Notes under the pieces: model-generated
What the model was told of the DNA's origin: nothing
Database searches by the model: none
The model's input: only the letters and a program-made list of their open reading frames with translations
NCBI GenBank assembly: GCA_965240325.2
Contig: OZ251223.1
Coordinates: 1,302,001 to 1,366,000, forward strand
DNA from: Rebecca billardiae RCC1528
Lineage: Eukaryota > Protista > Haptophyta
DNA length: 64,000 nt
Direction of reading: 5' to 3'
Translations under genes and position numbers: made by a program
Shown here: positions 37,301 through 46,303 of the stretch, piece after piece
How positions within the stretch are numbered: the stretch's first letter is position 1
How the letters are laid out: every line of letters starts with the position of its first letter

Positions 37301-37930
37301 ATGGGCAAGGCCTCCGTCACGAGGCGGGCTTGGCGCGGACAGAGCGGACTGCCGTGCCTGCCCCAGCCCTCCGCGCGGGATCCGCCGCCAAACGCGCTCG
37401 AGAGCGCCCATCCAAGCCCAGCGGCCGTCCGTGCGCGAGCGCAGCCGCTGCGCCGCCGCAGACCGGCACAGAACGCGCGCGGCGCACCGCCTCGGGCGTC
37501 GAGGCGAGGAAGCCCGGCTCGCTACAGCCTGTGGCCGACCCGCTCACCCAGGCGCTGCCGATCGAACGCGCTCGACTCGCTCACGCGCCCGGCGAGCGGG
37601 CGCGCGAACCTCGCGCGCCGCGCCGCCCGGGTCGCGCCGGCCGCGTGCCGAGCTCACGGGCGGCGAGCAGGCCGCGAGCCGGGCCGAGCGCGCGCGGCGG
37701 GCTCCTACGCGCGGCTGGCAGCCCGCGCCGCCCGAGCGCGCGGCCTCGCGGTGGCGCCAGTGGCCGCGAGGCTGCGGCCCGCGCGGCGGCGCGCGGCCGC
37801 CACTGTGCGCCCACTGGCGCGGCAGCGCGCGGAGAGGTACCACGGCGCTTTTCAGAAGCGGCGAAAGCGCGACTTCGACGGCGCGCGTCCCGCGCGCAAA
37901 TCGAGGGCTGAGCCCTTCTTGGGGGGGGGA
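34342..37930. mobile_element. Putative non-autonomous foldback/Pack-type DNA element, 3,589 bp, with about 730-bp terminal inverted repeats and GATC flanks
   Basis: 34342-35071 is the near-perfect reverse complement of 37200-37930 (a few differences seen). Ends are TCCCCCCCCCAAG...CTTGGGGGGGGGA, flanked by GATC at 34338-34341 and 37931-37934. No transposase is recognisable inside. Confidence 0.75.
36070..36425 (+). pseudogene. Decayed SPPP-repeat gene fragment inside the TIR element
   Basis: Translates as PPSPPPSPPLSPP..PSPPPSPPPPNPPPSPP with many substitutions, then loses the frame after PSPE. Confidence 0.7.
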
Positions 37931-40662
37931 GATCGGGGTCTGGGACTCTGGGCGCGGCCTGCCGGTGCGTAACTTCGTTACTAATCATGATAAACCAATA
38001 ATACGTCGGTTGCGCGCGCTATTTTGAGCTCGCGAGCCTATCATAATACCCACCTGATTTAGCAATATGGAATGTTCGAGCATTGTTCCTATTGATGTGC
38101 CGATGTGATATGAAAGTAGGTAAAAGTGTGTTGTGCGTGGACTCGGGCAATCGGCGGGATTCGGGAATAATGTCACGTCGAACAACGGTTCCTGAGAGGC
38201 ACCCTATGATAATCGGCGCGATTTCTACCCGCGAGCGTACCCGCTTGGGATGCACAGTCCTGACTCGTACATATCACGTACTTACATACGCCAGGACAGA
38301 CTGGTATCCATAGGACGACGCAGGTCTCCCAATTCGTCGGCGGCAGTGCCCGATCGCTCGTCGACACGCCTTCACGCGATCGAATTGCTTGAGCGCGGCC
38401 TTGAGCTCCTGGAGCGCGATCCACCTGCGCTGCGCGGCTCGCATAGACCTGCTGTGCCCCGAGCGAGGGCGAGGGTGCAGGTCCGGATGTCAGCTGGCAG
38501 TCTTGATCAGCCGCTGGTAGGGTAGCAGCTGGTCGAGCGGAGCCTGGCCTCAGGCCTGGTGTTCCCCGGGCGGTCGCGTACGCGCTTGCCGCTCGAGCCA
38601 GCTGGCTGGCTGGCGGCGGCTGGCGCTGCGGCGTCGTCCAGTGTGCGCTTCGTTCGCTGCTGCGGCACCTCCTCGTCGTCAAAGTCGTCGCCCGGGGGCG
38701 AGTCTCGGTCCTCGTGGAGGGGGGCAGCAGGGACTGGCGTGGGTGCAGCGGTCGGCGCCAGGCGCGCCGCCTTGCGCGCCTGGCGTTCCTTGACGGCGCG
38801 GCGCGTCGAGGAGCGACGGCTCGATGACTCGTCGGGCTCAGGCCGGTGGCTGAAACCTCCGCCCTCCGAGAGAGTCCCGGTTTAGGCCGCGTGCCGAGCG
38901 TGCGCGCGCAGCGGTGTTCGCCTTAGAGAGCGCCCCGGGCGCTTCGCCCGGGCCGCTCGACCGATACGGCTGGGCCTCGCGGTCCGGCTGTAGACTAGTC
39001 AGCTGCCACGAGCCTGCGGTCGTTATTGCATCAGGAAGATCAGGATGCTCACGACCCCGTGTCGATTGCAACTGTCGACCGTCGACGGCCGTCCTCCACC
39101 TGCACCTCGCGAGTCGCGTAACGGTGCGGCTGGCCACCAGCGCGTAACTCTTGATGTGATCCGCGCGCCCGGTGTCGCCTGCAGCTGTTTGTAGCCATCA
39201 TCGAGTCCGGGGCTCAGGGGGCGCGCGCCCTACCCGGGTGTAGGCTGCAACTCTCCAATCTACATATGACAGCGGCGCGCCGATCCCGGCATTGCTCGAC
39301 TGGATCACTGATCAGCACCCATCATGGCATCGCGTATTCGCGTGCCGAACTGTTGATGGCCGCCTGCCAGACCTACAGTCCGAGGCCCAGTAGGCCTGCG
39401 CCCAAACCGTTGATACGTGTCCTGTGCCGATTCGGTTGTCACCCGTGGCAGTGGCTGCGCCTGCCCCAGCGCCCGCAGCTGTCTTGATGACGACGGCCGG
39501 CGGCGCCGATCGTCAGTAATAAATCCAGGCCGTGTCCTGAGCCGTACGACTCATTGGCGAGCCGCACTGTGACTGCTTACTTAAATAAATTATTATAAAA
39601 TAACGACCGCTGTCCCGTGTCCGTCAAATATATCATTGCTGCCCTGACTCAGACTTAATTACAGAGGCAAGCCGCTGTTGGACCGTGTAACTAGACTGTA
39701 GTCTGACAGGAGACAGGAGTACATGCTGAACTCACTGTCAAATCGGACCGGCCGCTTGCCGCCTTGCGCCCAGCTGCCGAGTCCACCGTGATCGCACTAC
39801 AGACTACTCGGCCCGCCCGGCCCGCCGGCGCGCGCGGGCCGAACCGCGCCGCGCCGGGTCGTCTGCTGCACTTTGACTTTGCCGATCGGTACGCTTCATA
39901 GTTCATCGGCAGCCGCGGGATATGAACCGCATTTTTATTTTATTAATGACTATCTATTCATTATCTTCTATGATTTGATAAGTACATACATAATTATTAT
40001 ATATATTAATACCTATTTTAATAAATTAATTTAATTAAGAATAGCATATTGATGCGCGGGCGGCTCCCGAGCAGAGGACTTATACCGCCAGTGCTGCCAT
40101 GACCATGAAATTTCCGCTTATACTGGCAAACTTATAGCCTTAAGCTTATTGGTGGTATTCGTGATTCGTCGTCTGCCAGTCCGCCTTATTATTGGCGGTA
40201 GGTATTCGTCGTCTGCCAGTCCCGATGAGTCCGCCACTGCCACTGGACGGCCAGTGAGGCCCGCCGAGTCGCCGCGCGCGGGCAGACGCTGGCAGCAATG
40301 CCCACCCGCCAGGCTCCGGCGCGGAGATACTCATAGTGATAGTGTCCGGCCAGCGGACCCGCTCACCGGCTCTGCACCCGCGGTCGGAGACTATTAATTA
40401 ATGAGTTATTTATGACTCAATGTGTATAATCGGCACCGCTTGGCCTTCGGCTGCGGAGCACTTAGGCCAGCCCCGAAGGCAAGCGGCGCAAATAAGGCCG
40501 ACAGGATCCATGGCAAGACGTTGGGTCGACGGTCGTGACGTCCAGCCGCCTGAGCCGTTGGCGAACGGCAGGCATGCAGCCGAGTACATCATTGCTGCAC
40601 CCGCAGCACGTAAGCGGACTGCGTGAGCACACATGAGCATGGTGAATCGGCGGTGGCTCGCG

Positions 40663-41208
40663 CTAGCGCCCGTTCCGCGCGAACATGTTGTAGATGTACG
40701 TGGCGATGCCGAGGAGGATGACCACGAGGATGAAGTCGATGATGAACCGATCTGCCGAGCGCACCTCCTTGAGCGCGTGCTTCATCTTCTTGTTGAGGCT
40801 GTGCAGGTGCTCGGTCGCGCCGTCCACCTGCCGCGCGAGCGGCGCGCGAGGCAGGGGCGTGTTGGCCCCGAGGGGCGCGGCGCGCGAGGCCGCCGCCGCT
40901 GCTGCGCGCGCGCGCGAGCGCGCACCTTGTGCGTGATCTCGTCCACCATCGCCGACTGCAGCCGCACCTCCTCCTTCATGTCCAGCGCGATGTGCCTCAG
41001 GTCGGACACGCCGCTCGAGATCTGGTCGAGATCCTGGTCGATGCGCGCGTCGGTCTGCTTGAGCGCCTGCAGCCCCTCCTGCACGTCAATGTCGGGCAGG
41101 TCGGTGTCTGTGGCGTCGCGCGGCGCCGCGGAGAGCCCCGACGGCCCCGCGCCGCCCGAGCCGGACGGCATATTGATCGCCACCATCTGCAGGCCGTCGG
41201 CGGTGCTG

Positions 41209-41245
<37 letters not shown>

Positions 41246-41717
41246 TGCTCGAGCTCGCGCCGCCGCCCAGCCCACACGCGGCGAAGAGTGAGGTGCGGTT
41301 CTGCTCCTCCTTCGCCGCGTACCGCCGCTTCTCCAGCGCCTCCACCTCCTCGATGTGCGAGAAGACGAGCTCGACGACCTCCGCGCGATGCTCCACCTCC
41401 TGCATGTTCTTGTTGCGCCGCTTCGCCGCCTGCTGGCGCTGGATGGTGGCCATCCGGTTGGCCTCCTCGCGGATGGTCTTAATCTGCGCGCGTATCCGCG
41501 CGGACATCTCCACCGTGTGCTTCGAGCCCGACGACTTGGCCAGCATCTCGTCGCGCTCGTTGATGGCAACCCGCACCGCCTTGATCTCGCGGTGCACCTC
41601 GCGCTTGAGCCGCGTGAACTCGTCGACGGCCGACTTGCCGCCCTGCGTCTTGGGCTTGGTCTGCGCGTCGGTCGTCTCCTGCTCGATCGCCTCGAGCTTG
41701 CTCATGAGCGCCTGCAT
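40663..41717 (-). CDS. Qc-SNARE syntaxin, SYP7 (SYP71-like) family; exons 41717-40926 and 40827-40663
   Basis: Helical N-terminus, SNARE motif DARIDQDLDQISSGVSDLRHIALDMKEEVRLQSAMVDEITHK|VDGATEHLHSLNKKMK, and C-terminal TM RFIIDFILVVILLGIATYIYNMF. One GT-AG intron at 40925-40828. Confidence 0.9.
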
Positions 41718-42078
41718 CGTGCCCGGCCCGAGCTTGCCGCCGCGCGCGAGGGCCAAGCAAGGTGGCGGCGGGCGCCCAGAGCTGATCTCCGACGTTGAGC
41801 AGGAGTCCTGCCGCCCGAGCGGCCGCGAGCCGGATTTGAGAGCTCACCCGCCCGGGTCGCAGCCCAGCCCCGCTTTGGCCTCTCGAGTGGGCCCCGCCGG
41901 GAGGCGTGTGATTGGCTGGCGCTCGGCCGGACCCGCCGCCCGGAGGCCGCCGCTCGAAGGCCCACGTCGCAGAAGCGCAGTGCGGGCCAAGCAAAAGGCT
42001 CCCTCGCGTGAAGCGCGCGCGCGACCACTCACGCGCCCAGAGCGCCAAGACTGCCGCGAGGCACAAGCAAGACCGCCG
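41718..42078. promoter_or_regulatory. Probable bidirectional promoter between the syntaxin and RRM-Nudix genes
   Basis: 361 bp between divergent ATGs; ATTGG (reverse CCAAT) at 41911. Confidence 0.45.
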
Positions 42079-42503
42079 ATGGGTGACCGGGAGCGGCGCA
42101 ACGACCGTGAGAAGGGCGATCGCCCGCCGAGTGCTCCCGACGCGTCGGCCGCCGCCGCCGCCGCGACCGCTGAGGGCCGCCGCCGCGACCGCGACAAGGA
42201 GCGCGAGCGCGCGCGCCCCGACGCTGACGGCAAGGTGTCGCTGCTCATCCGCAACCTGTCGAAGCGCACGAGTGCGGAGGAGATCAAGAAGTTCTTCGAG
42301 CAGTATGGCACCATCAAGGACGTCTACCTGCCCAAGGACTACTACTCAGGGTGCGCGCGCGCGCGCGCGCGCGGCAGCCGCGCGCCCGCCGCCCGCGCTC
42401 TCGCGCGCCGGGGGGCGCGTCCCCTCGTGGCTCGCGCGCTGACCATTGCCGCCCGCCCGCCGCGTGCACGCCGCCGCGCGCACGCAACTTGCACACTCGC
42501 CTT

Positions 42504-42541
<38 letters not shown>

Positions 42542-45014
42542 GCTCGCGCCTCGCGCCATGGCCTCTGGCCGGCTGCTCCAACGCTTGCGCCGCGCGTCGC
42601 GCCGTCCCCGCCGCGCGGTGCGGGGTGTCGGCGCAGCGACCCGCGCGGCTTCGGCTTCGTCGAGTTCGCCGACGCCGGCGAGGCCGAGGAGGCCCAGAAG
42701 CACCTCGACCACACGCCGCTCGACGGGCGCGAGGTGACGGTCGTCTTTGCCCAGGAGCGCCGGAAGTCCTCCAATGAGATGCGTGGCCGCGAGGTGCGGC
42801 GTGCGCGCGCGCGGCACCCTCGCGCGGGCGCGGGCGCGGGCGCGGGTGCGGGCGCGCGGGCGCGGGCGCGCGGGCGCGTGCGTGCGGCCCGCGCGCGCGC
42901 GCTGCGGAGGGACGGTGCTGGCGGCGGGGGGCGAGGCGGGCGGAGGGGTCAGAGCGCACGCGCGCGCTTCAGACGCGAGAGCGAGTACGAGCGAGCGCGC
43001 GCGCGCGCGCACGCGCCTGCCCGCTGACCGCCTGCGCCGCGGTCGCCGCACCCGTCGCCACGCGCCGCGCCGGAGCAGACTGGCGAGGGCGCGGAGACGG
43101 AGGGCGCGCCGTCGGCGGCGGGCCCTGCCGCTGTCCGGAAGCCACGCCCCGAGCCGACGGGGCCGCGCCCTGCGTCGGCCGCGCCGACTGGCAAGCCCGA
43201 GGGAGCGGGCCGTGGCGCCGGCGGCGCGGAGCGCGGGCGCGGTGCCGCGGCCGGTGGGCGCGCGGCGCCGCCGCCGGCCGTGGCCGCGGCCGGCGCCGCG
43301 GACGCGAACGGTGGCTCGCGCCCGACGACGGTGATTGCCAACTCTGCCGCCATCACGGCGCGCCCGGCGTCGGCAGTGGCGGGCGCGGGCCGCCCGGCCG
43401 CCGCCGCTCCGACCACACCGGCCTGGGGCCGTGGCGGCATCCCTTCGGGGGTGAAGGAGGCGGTGGCGCGCCCGGCGGGCGCGCCGCCGGGGGCTGGCGG
43501 CGCGGCGGCGGCGGGCGGCGCGGCGGCGCCCAAGCCGATGGGAGCGGCGGCGCCGGTGCCGACGGCGGCGCCCGGCGGCGGCGCGGTGGACGGTGCGGGC
43601 GCGGGCGGCGCGGCGGTGCCCGGCGCGGCGGAGCCGCCCGCGCCGCAGCCGCCGGCGCAGCAGCAGCCGCCGCAGGCCGCCGCCGTCGCCGCGGCCGCGC
43701 CGCCGCAGCAGCAGCCGGCCGCCGGCGCCGCCAACGCGGCCGCGGCCGCGGCCGCGGCCGCAGCGGCCGCGGCGCAGGCGGCGCAGGTTGCGGCGGCCGC
43801 GGCCGGCCCTGGCGGCCCGGCGCCCGGCAGCGTGGCGGTGCCGGTGCCGACCACCCCGATCTGGGCGACGCTCGACCCGCAGCAGCGGATCTTGATGCGC
43901 CCAAAGGTGCGTGGCGCGCGCGTGTGCCCGCGCGCTGCTGCCGCCGCATGGCGGCGGCGCCGCCTGCGGCCTTGCGCCGCGGCTGCGCCGAGCGCAGCGG
44001 TGTCTGCCGCGCCGCGCCGCGCCGCGCCGCGCCTCGCCGCGCCGCGAGCGGCCCGACGCGCCGCGCGGCCGGCCGCTGCCGGCCGCGCCGCCGCCCCCGC
44101 CCGCGCTCACGCTCCCCGTGCCCGCCCCTCGCCCCCCTCGGCGGCTGCGCGCAGGTGGGCGTGGGCGTTTTCATCACCTCGCCGCGCCACCACCCGGGCG
44201 CTGTGCTCGTCGGCGCGCGCACTGACTCCGACTCCTCCGTCATCTGGGCGCTGCCCGGCGGCCACCTGGAGTACGCCGAAGATTGGATCGCGTGCGCCGC
44301 GCGCGAGGTGCTCGAGCAGACGGGGCTCGTCGCGACCAACATCCGCTTCGCCACGCTCGACAACTCGATCGAGGTGCGCTGCCGCCGGCGTGTGTGCGGG
44401 CCCGCGCGCGCGGAGCCGACGCGCACGCGCGCACCGCGCGCTCCGCGCGCACCGCGCGCCTGCGCGCACCGCGCGGCCGTGCCCTCGCGAGACGCGCCGC
44501 GCGGCCCCGCCGCGCGCGCGCGACGCCGCTCCTCGGAATCGCGCGGCCGGCTGACTCGCTCCCTCCCTCGCCCGCCGCGCCCGCGCAGACGTCCCACTCC
44601 TACCACTACGTGGTCATCTTCTGCATCTGCGAGGTCGACTCGGAGCCGCTGAACAAGGAGCCAGACAAGATCCAGCACTGGCAGTGGGCCGTGTGGGACA
44701 GCCCCGAGTTCGACTCGATGCCCCTGTTCGCAGGGCTGCACAACGTGCGCTCCGCTGGTACGCGCGCGCACCCGAGCGCTCGGCGCGCGGCGGCGGCGGC
44801 GGCGCGCGGCCGCCCGGCGCGCAGCCGGTGGGCAAGCGCGCGGCGTTGTGTCGCCTGGCGGGGCGCGTGGCGCGGTGCGCGCGGCGCGCGGCGCGTGCGC
44901 GGCTCTCACCTGCGCGCCGCGCCCTCCCTGCGCGCCCCGCCAGGCTACCACCCCTTCAAGGGCAACGGCCAGATGCTGCCAGTGCTGCCGCCGCACGGCG
45001 CGCTCTCGTGGTGA
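42079..45014 (+). CDS. Predicted 571-aa fusion: SC35/SCL-type RRM + Ala/Pro/Gly linker + NUDT15/NUDX1-like Nudix domain; exons 42079-42350, 42637-42793, 43079-43906, 44155-44373, 44589-44757, 44944-45014
   Basis: RRM: SLLIRNL..FEQYGTIKDVYLPKDYYSGDPRGFGFVEF..LDGREVTVVFAQERRK. Nudix: RPKVGVGV..WALPGGHLE..CAAREVLEQTGL..YHYVVIF..EPLNKEPDK..WQW..GYHPF. All five introns are GT-AG and keep the frame. Confidence 0.75.
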
Positions 45015-45474
45015 GCGCGCACGGGCGCGGGCCGTGCGCACGGCGGCCGGGCGGGCTAGGGGCGTGTGCGGAGGGGGCGGGCTGGGAGGGGGGGCGTGGG
45101 GCGGGCGGAGGGCGGGGGGAAGCGGCCGCGCTGCGCCTGCATCGGGCTGCGGCGCGCTTGGCGCGGTCGGCAGCCGCCGAGCCGACGCGCGCCAAGCAGG
45201 CCGCTGGGAGGGGGGCACGACTGACGGCGGCGGGGGCGGGGCTGGGGGCGGCATGGCAGACGGCATGGCACGGCATGGCAGACGGCATGGCACGACAGAC
45301 ATTGCACACTCGTGCGGCGCGCTCGAGCGCACGGGCGCAGAGCACACGACGGCTCGGCGACGCTCGAGCACCGCGCCTTCTTGCCGGCACCGCACCGGGG
45401 CAGCGGGGCCCTGCGTGCACGGCGCGGGCGGCGGGCGGCAGGGCGATGCTGTGGCCGCAGCCGCAACTGGTGCC

Positions 45475-45477
<3 letters not shown>

Positions 45478-45512
<35 letters not shown>

Positions 45513-45517
45513 TGACG
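45478..45517. repeat. (GAC)n microsatellite
   Basis: About 13 GAC/GAT units seen directly. Confidence 0.9.
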
Positions 45518-46303
45518 GCGGTGGCGCAACTGGCGCCGCCGCACACACCCATTCTTCCACAGAGCAGCGTGCTCCATCGCATGACAACGCACGGCGCGCG
45601 CCGCCGGCTTGCGCCGCACGCCGCAGCCCTAGCCCGCTGGGGCGCCAGCCAGCTGTGCAGCGCCAGGCTGGGGGGGCTCAGGCACAGCGGCAGCGCGCGC
45701 GCCCGCGCGGCGCACGCGCGCCCACGGCCGCGCGCACTAGAGCTGCGCGGCTCGGCGGAGCGCACGGCAGCTGCAGCGCACGCGCGACCGGCCCGAGGCA
45801 GCGACACCGCGCACTCCGGCTTCTCACGCTGATCTTGACGACGGCAGCCACGTCAGACCGAGCGCTGCGGTCGGCGCGCCAGCGCGCTGTGCTCACGCGC
45901 GCCGACGACAGTTTGCGGCGAGCGCCACCACTCGGGCGGCGGGCGGCGCGTCGTGTGGCGGCAGCCGTCCCGCGCATTCGCGGCTGCGCGCGTGCTCACT
46001 GATGTTCGTATCAAAGCGGATGCTGCTGTCATACGACACGTAAATCAATATCTGATAGTAGCATGCCGGAAGCCTGAATGCCTGCGCACTACGGTGTCAT
46101 CAGCATGTGTGATTGTGTGGCCGGGCTGGCATCGTCCGGAAGGCGACAACACCGTGTTACCACACCCGCACACCGCCGCCCTTGCTGCATGTTTCATCAG
46201 GCGTGCGGCCTCGGCGGACGCTCGCAAGTTTATTATGTACAAAGTTCCGAGGTCTATGGGTACCGAGGACGATATTTACGATTAATCGCGCGTCACCGGC
46301 CGC

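Noticed and set aside
33847-38027. Paired ORFs (451 aa minus, 347 aa plus and others) with identical peptide blocks
   Set aside because: They come from the GC-rich inverted arms; no transposase or other domain motifs.
40145-40222. 19-bp direct repeat ATTCGTCGTCTGCCAGTCC with 40-bp spacing
   Set aside because: Only two copies; looks like a local tandem duplication with no evidence of function.
40633-42777. 714-aa plus-strand ORF
   Set aside because: A chimera of syntaxin antisense, the promoter, RRM exon 1 and intron 1.
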